Part shown: positions 31,398 to 41,332 of the stretch, piece after piece
How the letters are laid out: every line of letters starts with the position of its first letter
Position numbering within the stretch: the stretch's first letter is position 1
Assembly (NCBI GenBank): GCA_964387845.1
Contig: CAYLXA010000002.1
Coordinates: 128,001-192,000 of the forward strand
DNA from: an uncultured bacterium
GTDB lineage: Bacteria > Omnitrophota > Omnitrophia > Omnitrophales > Abzuiibacteriaceae
Reading direction: 5' to 3'
DNA: 64,000 nucleotides
Made by a program: the position numbers and the translations under genes
Notes under the pieces: model-generated
What the model was told of the DNA's origin: nothing
Seen by the model: the letters and a program-made list of their open reading frames with translations, nothing else
The model's database searches: none

Positions 31398-32718
31398 ATC
31401 AATTAAATCCCTGACTTCGACGCTGCAAAAGGTGGTTATCGTCGGCCGCCCCAATGCGGGCAAATCAACGCTTTTTAACCGCATTCTAGGCCGCCGCAAG
31501 GCCATTGTGCAGCATGAAAGCGGTACCACCCGCGACCGTGTTTATGGGAAAGTTTCCTGGCAGCATCGAAATTTTACCATGATCGATACCGGTGGCTTTA
31601 ATTTTAAAACCCAAACCGAGCTCGAGAACCTCGTAAACCGGGAAATTGAAAAGGGAATTAGGGAAGCGGCTTTGGTCGTTTTTCTGTGTGATGGCTCTAA
31701 CGGCCTTAATCCCATGGATGAACGCCTCTCGGAAAAATTACGCCGCCTAAAACACAAGGTCATCGTGTGTGTCAATAAACTGGATGAGCCTAAAAATTTT
31801 GCGCAAGGAGACGAATTCTTCAAACTTGGATTTCAAAATCTCGTCAAAATTTCGGCGCTTCACGGAATAGGCGTCGATGATCTACTGGACAGCATCGCCA
31901 AGCTTCTTCCCACGGAATCAAGCATCGCGACTTTGCCTGAGGATATCCTTTTCACTTTAAGCATTGTCGGCGAGCCCAACGTCGGAAAATCGACGTTTTT
32001 TAATGCGCTTCTTAACGAGGAACGTTCGATTGTTTCCGAAGTGCCTGGCACAACGCGCGACGCCGTGGATGAGATGATCGAATATAAAAATTCCAGGATC
32101 CTTTTAGTGGATACAGCCGGTCTTACCAAAAAGCGGATCGAAGAAACGCCCACGGCTTTTTTCAGCATGTCGCGCACCAAAGAGTCGATCCGAAATTCTC
32201 AAGTTATTTTGTTTGTTTTTGACGCTCAAAAAGGGATCGGGTCAACATCAAAGCAGATTCTGAATTTCATTTTTGAAAATAAAAAATGCTGCATTCTAAT
32301 CGCCAACAAATGGGACAAGGTAAAAGGTGTTGAACAGGGAAAATATCGCGTTGTACTTGCCAAAAAAATGCCCTTCATTTCGGCTTACCCGGTCGCATTC
32401 ATATCAGCGGCTACCAAACGAAACATGCTGGAACCGCTGACATTGGCGCTCGAGGGCTACGAACGGTACAACACATGGGTGAAAACTTCCGAGTTGAACC
32501 GATTTCTATTAAATGTAAAGCAAGCACATGCAATCAAAGGAAATGTGCGGCTTAAATTTTTGACCCAAATTAAAACACAACCGCCGGGCTTTCTTTTGTT
32601 TGTCCGGCACAGTAAATCACTGAAAGTTGACGCGATTCGTTTTCTGCGCAATCAAATTCAGGAGCATTTTAATTTATGGGGCTTTCCGGTTGATTTATCG
32701 ATTAAGGAGGATGAATGA
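31375..32718 (+). CDS. der: Ribosome-biogenesis GTPase Der (EngA)
   Basis: Two tandem G domains (GRPNAGKST... and GEPNVGKST...) plus a KH-like C-terminus. Has a ~20-aa N-terminal extension overlapping pgsA by 23 nt; the true start is uncertain. Confidence 0.85.
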   Translation: MVSQSPSESIKSLTSTLQKVVIVGRPNAGKSTLFNRILGRRKAIVQHESGTTRDRVYGKVSWQHRNFTMIDTGGFNFKTQTELENLVNREIEKGIREAALVVFLCDGSNGLNPMDERLSEKLRRLKHKVIVCVNKLDEPKNFAQGDEFFKLGFQNLVKISALHGIGVDDLLDSIAKLLPTESSIATLPEDILFTLSIVGEPNVGKSTFFNALLNEERSIVSEVPGTTRDAVDEMIEYKNSRILLVDTAGLTKKRIEETPTAFFSMSRTKESIRNSQVILFVFDAQKGIGSTSKQILNFIFENKKCCILIANKWDKVKGVEQGKYRVVLAKKMPFISAYPVAFISAATKRNMLEPLTLALEGYERYNTWVKTSELNRFLLNVKQAHAIKGNVRLKFLTQIKTQPPGFLLFVRHSKSLKVDAIRFLRNQIQEHFNLWGFPVDLSIKEDE

Positions 32719-33335
32719 TGTTGATTGCTTTTGTGCTGGCTTACTTGACGGGATCTATTCCAAACGCATATCTCATCGGTAAGCTGGTGCGCGGAATTGA
32801 TATCAGGCAGCATGGCAGCGGCAATGTGGGCGCAACGAACGTGTTTCGGACCGTTGGAAAGACATGGGGGAGCGTCGCGTTTGGACTGGATGTGCTCAAG
32901 GGCTTTATTGCATCTGCGCTTCTCGCCAAATATTTTGCCAATCAAACATCACTTCAATTTGGTATCTTTCAGCTTACTTTGGGCATCACCGCAATCTTAG
33001 GCCATGTTTTTCCGATCTGGCTCCGGTTTAAAGGCGGTAAAGGCGTCGCCACAAGCTGTGGCGTGTTTCTCGGCATTTTCCCGAAAGCGGTCCTGGCGTC
33101 ACTTGCTATTTGGATCATCGTTGCTTTTCTGAGCCGCTACGTATCGCTTGCATCGCTCATCGCGGTTAGCTCGTTTGTGGTCTGGGTCATTTGCTTTTAC
33201 CGCGAGAGCGATATTTTTTATATGGCGATAGCCTTGTCGGTTTTGCTCCTATGTTTTATTTTTTATACCCATCGCTCAAACATTGCGCGGTTAATCCAAG
33301 GCACCGAAAATAAGATCGGATCCCGTCAAAAATAA
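32715..33335 (+). CDS. plsY: Glycerol-3-phosphate acyltransferase PlsY
   Basis: YLTGSIPNAYLIG and HGSGNVGATN motifs, polytopic membrane protein, 206 aa. Confidence 0.9.
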   Translation: MMLIAFVLAYLTGSIPNAYLIGKLVRGIDIRQHGSGNVGATNVFRTVGKTWGSVAFGLDVLKGFIASALLAKYFANQTSLQFGIFQLTLGITAILGHVFPIWLRFKGGKGVATSCGVFLGIFPKAVLASLAIWIIVAFLSRYVSLASLIAVSSFVVWVICFYRESDIFYMAIALSVLLLCFIFYTHRSNIARLIQGTENKIGSRQK

Positions 33336-33337
33336 AG

Positions 33338-33366
33338 TTCTTGACATTTTTTAATTTAGTCATATA
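33338..33366 (+). promoter_or_regulatory. Near-consensus sigma-70 promoter (TTGACA-N16-TATAAT) for the PC4-like gene
   Basis: cttgacattttttaatttagtcatataattc, read directly. Confidence 0.55.
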
Positions 33367-33449
33367 ATTCTTGTGTTTTTAGTAATACCTTCCACGCACA
33401 CCTCACGCGCAGTGCAAAAATCAAAACCAACCATCAAGAGGAGTGTGTC

Positions 33450-33692
33450 ATGGACAAACAAGTGGTTTATCAGTTTGACCGCAATCAAAATGAAAAAGTG
33501 GTAGTCTCCATAGGTGCTTATAAAGAGAAGACTTACGTCGATTTTAGGGTCTTCTTTGAGGACCCAGGCTCGGGTGATTTAAAGCCCACCAAAAAAGGGA
33601 TTACGATTGCAGAAAACCTGCTTCCGCATTTGAAAAGAGCGATTGGGGCCTGTGAGAAAACAAAGGTCCCGGCTGCGTCATTTAAGAGCTGA
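33450..33692 (+). CDS. PC4-like (transcriptional coactivator p15 / YdbC family) ssDNA-binding protein
   Basis: KTYVDFRVFFEDPGSGDLKPTKKGITIAENL matches the PC4-domain hallmark (YVDIREYY...PTKKGISL), 80 aa. GGAG-containing SD upstream. Confidence 0.6.
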   Translation: MDKQVVYQFDRNQNEKVVVSIGAYKEKTYVDFRVFFEDPGSGDLKPTKKGITIAENLLPHLKRAIGACEKTKVPAASFKS

Positions 33693-33723
33693 TTTTTAGT
33701 TAAAACGCACCCTATCTTCAACT

Positions 33724-33751
33724 TTACAAACATGTGGTAAGTGTGTATAAT
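33724..33751 (+). promoter_or_regulatory. Sigma-70-like promoter of recA (TTTACAA...TATAAT)
   Basis: TTACAA-N16-TATAAT read directly. The -10 element overlaps the ORF-track GTG start at 33741, which argues against that start. Confidence 0.5.
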
Positions 33752-33800
33752 GCCGACATTTAGAACAAATCACGAGACCATCCAGAACGGGGAAGACGAC

Positions 33801-34904
33801 ATGAAAAAGAAACCATCATCCAAGAAAGAACATTCAGAAGAACCTCAAGGGAAAGCTGCTCAAGAAAAGAAGAAAGCATTAGAGTTAACACTTTTACATA
33901 TCGAAAAGCAGTTTGGAAAAGGTTCCATCATGAAACTGGGTGATGAACACCAGCGCCGCATGCAGGTTGATGTCATTCCAACCGGCGCCTTTACACTGGA
34001 TCTTGCAACCGGCATCGGCGGCGTTCCGCGCGGCCGCGTCATTGAGATCTTCGGGCCGGAGTCCAGCGGAAAAACCACGCTGACGCTAAGCATTGTCGCC
34101 CGCGCTCAAAAGATGGGCGGAACTGCCGCGTTTATTGATGCAGAGCACGCATTAGACCCTGCTTATGCAACCAAGCTTGGCGTGAACCTGAATGACCTTC
34201 TGATTTCTCAGCCGGATTCCGGCGAGCAGGCACTTCAGATCGTTGAAATGCTGATTCGCTCAAACGCGATTGATGTTTTGGTGGTCGATTCTGTCGCGGC
34301 GCTCGTACCGAAGTCTGAAATTGAAGGCGAAATGGGCGCTTCCTCGATGGGCGTTCAAGCGCGCCTGATGTCGCAGGCATTGCGGAAACTCACGGCAATT
34401 ATCAGCAAATCAAAAACATCGCTCATCTTCATCAATCAAATCCGCGATAAAATCGGTGTCATGTTCGGCAATCCCGAAACAACACCGGGCGGAAAAGCGC
34501 TGAAGTTCTTCTCATCGATGCGGCTCGATATCCGCCGGATTGGTTCAATTAAGAAAGGTGAAGAAGTGGTCGGTAACCGCGTGCGCGTTAAAGTCGTCAA
34601 AAATAAGTGCGCGGCACCTTTCAAACTCGCCGAATTCGACATCATGTTCGATGAAGGCATCTCGCGCTCAGCTTCGGTGATTGATATCGCGATCGAAAAC
34701 GAGATTCTCGAGAAATCGGGCAGCTGGATTGCCTACAATAACGAAAAAATCGGACAAGGGCGCGATGCTGTCAGGCTTTTCCTTCGCGAAAACCCGAATC
34801 TCCTGGAAGAAATTGAAGGCAAAGTCAGGGAAAAACTCACAGCGGTTGCCGCAGAGCATCCGCAGAAGCCTGGCTCCCAGGATGAGGAGAAAGACAGCGA
34901 ATAA
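33801..34904 (+). CDS. recA: Recombinase RecA
   Basis: [23 protein letters not shown], Walker A (GPESSGKTT), the L1/L2 loop region and IFINQIR. ATG 33801 (MKKKP) sits downstream of the promoter with a GGGGAAG RBS. The ORF-track start 33741 is a GTG inside the -10 box. Confidence 0.9.
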   Translation: MKKKPSSKKEHSEEPQGKAAQEKKKALELTLLHIEKQFGKGSIMKLGDEHQRRMQVDVIPTGAFTLDLATGIGGVPRGRVIEIFGPESSGKTTLTLSIVARAQKMGGTAAFIDAEHALDPAYATKLGVNLNDLLISQPDSGEQALQIVEMLIRSNAIDVLVVDSVAALVPKSEIEGEMGASSMGVQARLMSQALRKLTAIISKSKTSLIFINQIRDKIGVMFGNPETTPGGKALKFFSSMRLDIRRIGSIKKGEEVVGNRVRVKVVKNKCAAPFKLAEFDIMFDEGISRSASVIDIAIENEILEKSGSWIAYNNEKIGQGRDAVRLFLRENPNLLEEIEGKVREKLTAVAAEHPQKPGSQDEEKDSE

Positions 34905-34938
34905 TCTCGCCTGAACTTCTAAATCTCTTGAGGGTGAA

Positions 34939-34969
34939 ACGCGGCGGATTGATTCCGCCGTGTTTTTTT
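34939..34969 (+). terminator. Strong rho-independent terminator between recA and recX
   Basis: acgcggcgga-ttga-tccgccgtgt 10-bp GC-rich stem then a TTTTTTT run. Confidence 0.75.
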
Positions 34970-34976
34970 CTAATCC

Positions 34977-35486
34977 ATGACAGACAATCAACAGAATTTG
35001 ACGGACGTTAAGGCGCTCGAAGACGGGCAGGAGAAAAACGGCTACATTTACGCAATCCGCCTGTTGTCGGTAACAAAACGCAGTGAGCGGGAATTAAAAA
35101 AACGCCTCAAAGAAAAAGGGTACGGCGAACAAGCGATTGAGAAAATCGCACAGGTGCTTAAAAATCAGAAATATTTAAACGATCTGTCGCTCGCCAAGCA
35201 GCAGGTTGAATATTCGGTTTTCGGAAATCCGAAGGGCCGGAAGCGCATTCGGTTTGAATTAAAACACAAAGGCGTATCGGACAGCGTGATCGACTCGGCG
35301 CTTGAAAGTTACGATCAAGCCAAAGAAACCGAAATTGCGGCGGAAATTGCCGAGCGTAAGTTCGAGCAAATGACAGATCCTGATGCGGCGAAAAAATTGA
35401 AGCGCATTTTTGATTATTTATCCAGGCGCGGTTTTGATTATGAAATTTGCAGGTCGGTGGTTTCGGAACTAAAAAAGAAAACATGA
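34977..35486 (+). CDS. recX: Recombination regulator RecX
   Basis: 169 aa helical-repeat protein with a RecX-like N-terminus (YAIRLLSVTKRSERELKKRLKEKGY). Conserved position after recA. Confidence 0.8.
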   Translation: MTDNQQNLTDVKALEDGQEKNGYIYAIRLLSVTKRSERELKKRLKEKGYGEQAIEKIAQVLKNQKYLNDLSLAKQQVEYSVFGNPKGRKRIRFELKHKGVSDSVIDSALESYDQAKETEIAAEIAERKFEQMTDPDAAKKLKRIFDYLSRRGFDYEICRSVVSELKKKT

Positions 35487-38086
35487 AAACGAGTGAAATC
35501 AGAAAACGGTTTTTGGATTTTTTCGCCAAGCGCGGTCATACGGTCGTCAAAAGCGATTCCCTGATCCCGGCAGGCGATCCGACCCTGCTGTTCACGGGCG
35601 CAGGGATGAACCAATTTAAAGACTATTTTCTGAGCGTCAAAAAAGATTTGAAGCGTGCAACGTCGTCTCAAAAGTGCCTCCGAGCAGGCGATTTGGACTC
35701 TGTCGGCCAAACGCCGTATCACCACACATTTTTTGAAATGCTGGGCAACTTCTCATTCGGCGATTACTTCAAACGCGAAGCGATTGAATGGGCTTGGGAA
35801 CTTCTGACAAAAGAATTTAAACTGCCGCCTGAACGTTTGCGCATCAGCGTCCATAAAAAGGATGATGAAGCGTTTAAAATCTGGCGCGAGGTCGTGAAAG
35901 TGCCGGAAAATTGGATCGATAAACGGGACGACGACTCTAATTTTTGGCCGGCCAACGCACCTGCAGATGGTCCAAACGGGCCCTGCGGACCGTGTTCTGA
36001 GATTTATTATGATCAAGGCGAAAATTATCCAAGTGCCGGCAAAAATGCAAAATGGGCGGATGATTCATCCGGCCGGTACGCTGAAATTTGGAACCTGGTG
36101 TTTACACAATTTGACCGTCAAGACGGCGGAGGCTTGAAACCGCTTGCGGCGAAAAATATTGATACCGGCGCAGGGCTTGAGCGCCTGGCGTGTATGATTC
36201 AAGGCAAGAAAGTAAATTACGAAATCGACCTCTTTGAACCCATGCTCAAAACTATGCAGCAAATTTTTAAAGGCAAAATTGGTGCCGATAGCATCAAAAC
36301 ACTTTACACGTTTGTGGATCACGGCCGCGCTGCCGTATTTTCCATTACCGACGGCATTTTCCCGTCGAATGAAGGCCGTGGATATGTTATCCGAAAATTG
36401 ATTCGCCGAAGCGTCTGGCGCGGAAGCGCTGCCGGTGTTCATCAGCCCTTTTTGCACAAAATCGTTCCGGCCGTCATTGAAGCGATGGGCGATCAATATC
36501 CGGAAATCGCACAATCGCAAAAAAATGTGACGCAAGTGATCGAGCAAGAAGAAAAAAGATTTTTGGAAACCATTGAAAGCGGCGGTGAGTCACTTACAAA
36601 AACAATTTCGACAGTCAAAAATGCAAAACTTAAACAAATTCCGGGCGAGGAAGTATTTAAATTGTATGACACGTACGGATTTCCAGACGAATTAACTAAA
36701 CTGATTGCGACGAAAGAAGGTCTTTCCATCGACCAAAAAGGTTTCGATAAATTGATGAACGAACAGCGAGAACGCGCAAAATCAAAAAGCAAAATTGCGG
36801 ACTCCATTTTCGTGGTCGACAGCAGCAAGCAGGAAATCGCAGCCCTTCCAGCAACTCAATTCGTGGGTTACGAAAAACTCGAATCGGATGCGAAAGTGCT
36901 TTGGTCGAAAGTTGCCGACACTGGGGAGGTTCTTGCGCTTGACCGGACGCCGTTTTATCCTGAAGGCGGCGGCCAGGTTGGCGATAAAGGCAAAATCGCT
37001 GGTGACGGATTTGAGTTTGACGTCATAAATACTCAAAAAAAGGAAAAAATCATTCTGCATATCGGAAAAACCGTACGCGGAAAAATCAAGATCGGACAAA
37101 CTGTAAAAGCAAGCGTGAACGCAGAGCTGCGCCACGCGACAAAACGCAATCACACGGCAACGCATTTGCTGCAGGCGGCCTTGAAACGTGTTTTGGGCGA
37201 CCATGTCCGGCAACTAGGTTCACTGGTTAACCCTGAGAAACTCCGGTTCGATTTTTCGCATCCGAAAGCCTTAACGCAAGATGAAATCAAGAAAGTCGAA
37301 GTCGAGGTGAATCAAGTCATTCTTCAAAATTCAGTGGTCCAGCACAAAACCGAATCTTATCAAGACGCAACGAAAGGCGGCGCATTGGCGTTCTTCGGTG
37401 AAAAGTACGAAGATGAAGTGCGCGTCATCGACGTACCGGGCTTCAGCAAAGAACTGTGCGGCGGAACGCATTGCGCACGCACGGGTGATATTGGCCTTTT
37501 TGTCATTACGAACGAAAGCTCGGTGGCAAGCGGCACGCGCCGGATTGAAGCCAAAACGGGGTTGGGTGCTTTGAATTACTTGCAATCACTTCAGAAAACA
37601 ATCCTGGACGCTGCTCAGGCGATCAAATCATCGCCCGATCGCTTGGTGGAAGACGTGCAAAAAATACAGCAGAATTTGAAAAAAGCAGGCCAGCAAAAGT
37701 CCGTATCCGTCTCGCTACCAAGCGCAAGCGATTTGATTCAAAAAAGCAAGCCGGCGGGCAGTGTTAGTTTAATTGCACAAAACATACAAAACGCGCAATT
37801 GGACGATCTGCGCAATATCGGAGACGCATTGCGCCAGTCGGCCAAGCAAAGCGTTATTGCTTTATTTTCATCGCAAGACGACAAAGTGTCTTTGATTGTG
37901 GGCCTCTCGAAAGACTTGGCGCAATCCAAGTTGGATGCATCACAAATCGCAAAAAAAATTGCCGAAACACTCGACGGCTCTGCGGGCGGGCGCAAAGACC
38001 TGGCGCAGGGCGGCGGCAAAAATCCGGCGGCCATTCAAAAAGCAATTGATGAATTGCCGGCTATTTTGAAAGAAGCGGGAAAATAG
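35483..38086 (+). CDS. alaS: Alanine--tRNA ligase
   Basis: MKTSEIRKRFLDFFAKRGH N-terminus, class II AlaRS core, editing-domain HxxxH...CGGTH, C-terminal DHHA1-like region. The ATG overlaps the recX stop (ATGA); the ORF-track 35447 is an upstream extension. Confidence 0.9.
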   Translation: MKTSEIRKRFLDFFAKRGHTVVKSDSLIPAGDPTLLFTGAGMNQFKDYFLSVKKDLKRATSSQKCLRAGDLDSVGQTPYHHTFFEMLGNFSFGDYFKREAIEWAWELLTKEFKLPPERLRISVHKKDDEAFKIWREVVKVPENWIDKRDDDSNFWPANAPADGPNGPCGPCSEIYYDQGENYPSAGKNAKWADDSSGRYAEIWNLVFTQFDRQDGGGLKPLAAKNIDTGAGLERLACMIQGKKVNYEIDLFEPMLKTMQQIFKGKIGADSIKTLYTFVDHGRAAVFSITDGIFPSNEGRGYVIRKLIRRSVWRGSAAGVHQPFLHKIVPAVIEAMGDQYPEIAQSQKNVTQVIEQEEKRFLETIESGGESLTKTISTVKNAKLKQIPGEEVFKLYDTYGFPDELTKLIATKEGLSIDQKGFDKLMNEQRERAKSKSKIADSIFVVDSSKQEIAALPATQFVGYEKLESDAKVLWSKVADTGEVLALDRTPFYPEGGGQVGDKGKIAGDGFEFDVINTQKKEKIILHIGKTVRGKIKIGQTVKASVNAELRHATKRNHTATHLLQAALKRVLGDHVRQLGSLVNPEKLRFDFSHPKALTQDEIKKVEVEVNQVILQNSVVQHKTESYQDATKGGALAFFGEKYEDEVRVIDVPGFSKELCGGTHCARTGDIGLFVITNESSVASGTRRIEAKTGLGALNYLQSLQKTILDAAQAIKSSPDRLVEDVQKIQQNLKKAGQQKSVSVSLPSASDLIQKSKPAGSVSLIAQNIQNAQLDDLRNIGDALRQSAKQSVIALFSSQDDKVSLIVGLSKDLAQSKLDASQIAKKIAETLDGSAGGRKDLAQGGGKNPAAIQKAIDELPAILKEAGK

Positions 38087-38089
38087 TCC

Positions 38090-39370
38090 ATGCAGCTCCT
38101 CCATTGGGAAAAAAACGCATTTCGAAAACTGGAAAAGGGAATCGACGGCACGATCGATAAGGATCTGTACCGCAAAGTTGAGCGCATCCTGTCCGAAGTC
38201 CGCTCAAAAGGCGATGCGGCCATCCGCCGTTTCACAAAAGAGTTTGATCGTCTTGAGCTTCCACTGAAGCGGATTCAGGTCACAGAAGGCGATATTAACC
38301 GTGCGTTTGAAAAAATTCAGGTTCAATTCGTACCGATTTTGAAACAAATCACCGACAACGTGACAGCTTACTATGAATCTGAGCTGAAAAAATCCTTTGA
38401 AATCAAATCTGAAAGCGGCGCTTATTTGGCAAAACGGTATCGTCCGATTGAACGGGTCGGCATCTATATTCCGGGCGGCACAGCACCGCTCGTTTCAACC
38501 GTTTACATGACAGTCATTCCAGCCAAAGTCGCGGGCGTTAAAGAAATCGTGATTTGCACGCCGCCAAACCGAGAAACCGGTGAAGTTAACCCGAATATTC
38601 TGGCGGTTGCTAATTTGCTGGGCGTGAAAGAAATTTACCGAGTCGGCGGCGCGCAGGCAATTGCCGCGATGGCATTCGGCACGCGGACAATCAAAAAAGT
38701 AGATAAAATCGTCGGTCCCGGAAATCCTTACGTCACGGAAGCCAAGCGGCAAGTGTTCGGCTATGTTGATATTGATATGATCGCAGGGCCCAGTGAAGTG
38801 GCCATCATTGCAGACGGCGAAGCAAACGAAGACTATGTGACTTGCGATTTACTCGCACAGTCTGAGCATTTTGGTGGAATCTCGTATCTCGTCACCAATT
38901 CCAAAAAGCTAGCAGAATCGATCCGTAAGCGCGTCGACAGCGGCTTTGTATTTTTGGTTAAAAATATGAACGAAGCCTGTGAAGCCATTAACGAAATCGC
39001 GCCGGAACATTTACAAATCATGACCGCAGATGCGGAATCCCTGGCGAAAAAAATAGAGCATGCGGGTGCAATATTTTTAGGCGCCTACTCGCCGGCTGTG
39101 TTGGGCGACTATATCGCAGGCCCGAGCCACGTACTGCCGACCGGTGGAACCGCGCGGTTTTTCTCACCGCTCAGCGCGTCCAGCTTTGTCAAAAGCACGC
39201 AGATTATTTCGTATACGCGGGAAGCGCTCGAAAAAGTCCGCCAGCACGTACACCAGCTCACGGAATTGGAAGGTTTGATTCTTCATAAAATATCGCTCGA
39301 AGCCCGGTTTGTGAATGGCTCTCCGGCCAAATCAGAAACCAGGGAATCGTCACAATCAGGAGGCAAATAA
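38090..39370 (+). CDS. hisD: Histidinol dehydrogenase
   Basis: HisD motifs (IYIPGGTAPLVSTVYMT, region with SEHFGG). Confidence 0.9.
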   Translation: MQLLHWEKNAFRKLEKGIDGTIDKDLYRKVERILSEVRSKGDAAIRRFTKEFDRLELPLKRIQVTEGDINRAFEKIQVQFVPILKQITDNVTAYYESELKKSFEIKSESGAYLAKRYRPIERVGIYIPGGTAPLVSTVYMTVIPAKVAGVKEIVICTPPNRETGEVNPNILAVANLLGVKEIYRVGGAQAIAAMAFGTRTIKKVDKIVGPGNPYVTEAKRQVFGYVDIDMIAGPSEVAIIADGEANEDYVTCDLLAQSEHFGGISYLVTNSKKLAESIRKRVDSGFVFLVKNMNEACEAINEIAPEHLQIMTADAESLAKKIEHAGAIFLGAYSPAVLGDYIAGPSHVLPTGGTARFFSPLSASSFVKSTQIISYTREALEKVRQHVHQLTELEGLILHKISLEARFVNGSPAKSETRESSQSGGK

Positions 39371-39371
39371 A

Positions 39372-39977
39372 TTGGCTGCACAAAAAAGAATCGGAAAAGT
39401 TGGCCGAGAAACCAAAGAAACATCGATCCAGATTGAACTCAATTTGGACGGCTCCGGATCGTCATCCATTGCGACCGGAATTCCGTTTTTAGATCACATG
39501 CTCACGAGCCTGACAAAACACGGTCTATTTGACTTGAAAGTCAAAGCGAAAGGTGATTTGGAAATCGACATTCACCACACGAACGAAGACGTCGGAATCG
39601 TGCTGGGCCAGGCACTGTCGAAAGCGCTCGGAAACAAAGCCGGTATCCGCCGGTTTGGGTTTTTCAGCATTCCGATGGATGAGGCACTGGTCCGAGTCAG
39701 CATTGATATTTCAGGGCGGCCGTCGTTTCACTTGATTAAATCAAAAACTGCAAAATTTCACCGCTCAACCAAATATTCATTTCACGACGCGTGTGAATTT
39801 ATGCGTGCCTTCACGCTCAATTCCGGCATCAACATGATCGCGGAAGTCATGCAGGGCGAAGACTCTCACCACATTACGGAAGCCATGTTTAAGGCTTTGG
39901 CTAAATCACTCGATACTGCCACACAAATCGATCCGCGAGTGAAGGGTGTTCCGTCTACAAAGGGAAAACTTGCCTAA
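39372..39977 (+). CDS. hisB: Imidazoleglycerol-phosphate dehydratase
   Basis: GRETKETSIQIELNLDGSG N-terminus and the D-x-HH/H-x-x-E metal motifs (IDIHHTNEDVGI, GEDSHHITEA). Likely TTG start at 39372 after an AGGAGG SD; the ORF-track 39315 extension overlaps hisD. Confidence 0.8.
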   Translation: MAAQKRIGKVGRETKETSIQIELNLDGSGSSSIATGIPFLDHMLTSLTKHGLFDLKVKAKGDLEIDIHHTNEDVGIVLGQALSKALGNKAGIRRFGFFSIPMDEALVRVSIDISGRPSFHLIKSKTAKFHRSTKYSFHDACEFMRAFTLNSGINMIAEVMQGEDSHHITEAMFKALAKSLDTATQIDPRVKGVPSTKGKLA

Positions 39978-40588
39978 TGATTTGCGTTGTTGATTATGGA
40001 ATGGGAAATCTGCGCAGTGTCAGCAAAGCATTGGAAATGCTGGGTGGGCGCGTCCGTGTTTCGGATCAACCAAAAACGCTTGAACAAGCGAGCAAGTTGA
40101 TTTTGCCCGGGGTTGGCGAATTTGGCGCTGCAATGCGGGAATTAAGAAAAAGGCGCCTTGCCGGCCCGATTTTACGCCACATAGGCCGCCAGAAGCCTTT
40201 TCTCGGGATTTGCTTGGGCTTACAGCTTTTGTTTGAAAAAAGCGAAGAGAGTCCCGGTGTCAAAGGCCTTTCCGTGATCCCCGGAAGCGTCATTCGTCTG
40301 GGTAAGAAGACGAAACAAAAATTGAAAATTCCGCAAATGGGCTGGAACCGGGTTGATTTCACGAAACGGTCCGAATTGGTGAAGAAAATCCCGGATAATA
40401 GTTATTTTTATTTCGTACATTCATTTATCGGATCGCCAAAAAGCAAGGCGGTTGTGGCCGGCGAAACCAGTTACGGATCAAAATTTATTTCCATGCTCCA
40501 GAAAGACTCTGTTTTTGCCGTACAATTTCATCCGGAAAAAAGCCAGGCAGCCGGGCTTCAGTTGTTAAAAAATTTTATCCAATATTAA
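39977..40588 (+). CDS. hisH: Imidazole glycerol phosphate synthase, glutamine amidotransferase subunit
   Basis: Class I GATase with the GICLGLQ active-site Cys and an HPE catalytic-triad region. Confidence 0.9.
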   Translation: MICVVDYGMGNLRSVSKALEMLGGRVRVSDQPKTLEQASKLILPGVGEFGAAMRELRKRRLAGPILRHIGRQKPFLGICLGLQLLFEKSEESPGVKGLSVIPGSVIRLGKKTKQKLKIPQMGWNRVDFTKRSELVKKIPDNSYFYFVHSFIGSPKSKAVVAGETSYGSKFISMLQKDSVFAVQFHPEKSQAAGLQLLKNFIQY

Positions 40589-40600
40589 AAAGGTAATCGC

Positions 40601-41332
40601 ATGATCTTAATTCCTGCAATTGATATCCGCGGCGGACGCGTCGTGCGCTTAACACGCGGTGATTTCGCCAAAGAGAAAGTGTATTCCGATTCACCGGAAG
40701 CCGTTGCGCTCAAATGGCAGCGTGAGGGAGCTAAAATGATTCACGTCGTCGACCTGGACGGTGCTGCGACCGGCCGGCGGAAAAATTTGGGCTCGCTAAA
40801 AAATATCTGCCAAGCCGTTCGGGTTCCAATTCAATTCGGAGGCGGGCTCAGATCCGTTCAAGCGATCGAGGAAGTATTTTCTGTCGGAGTTTCGCGCGCC
40901 GTTATCGGAACCAAAGTGTTCGATTTAAAAATGCTCAAACAGCTTGTGAAAAAATTCAGCGACCGGATTGTGGTGAGCTTGGACGTCAGAGGCGATGCGC
41001 TTCAAATCGGAGGCTGGAAATCACAGGTCAAGCTGATGAAAATTGATTCGCTGTGCAAGGAGCTTGAAAAATTGGGTGTTCAAAATGCGATCTATACCGA
41101 TGTCGTCCGCGACGGAACTTTGTCGGGGCCTAATTTTGAAAAGACAGAACATTTGCTTGAAACCACCGGTTTGAAAATCGTGGTTGCGGGCGGAATTTCG
41201 GATTTGAAGGACTTAAAAAAATTAAAAGCCCTGAAACATCCCAACCTGTTCGGCGTTATTATTGGAAAGGCTTTATACGAAAAACGGTTTGAACTTCCGG
41301 AGGCGTTGGCGCTGGTCAACGGAAAATCATGA
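40601..41332 (+). CDS. hisA: 1-(5-phosphoribosyl)-5-[(5-phosphoribosylamino)methylideneamino]imidazole-4-carboxamide isomerase
   Basis: MILIPAIDIRGGRVVRL N-terminus and (beta/alpha)8 HisA signatures. Confidence 0.9.
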   Translation: MILIPAIDIRGGRVVRLTRGDFAKEKVYSDSPEAVALKWQREGAKMIHVVDLDGAATGRRKNLGSLKNICQAVRVPIQFGGGLRSVQAIEEVFSVGVSRAVIGTKVFDLKMLKQLVKKFSDRIVVSLDVRGDALQIGGWKSQVKLMKIDSLCKELEKLGVQNAIYTDVVRDGTLSGPNFEKTEHLLETTGLKIVVAGGISDLKDLKKLKALKHPNLFGVIIGKALYEKRFELPEALALVNGKS

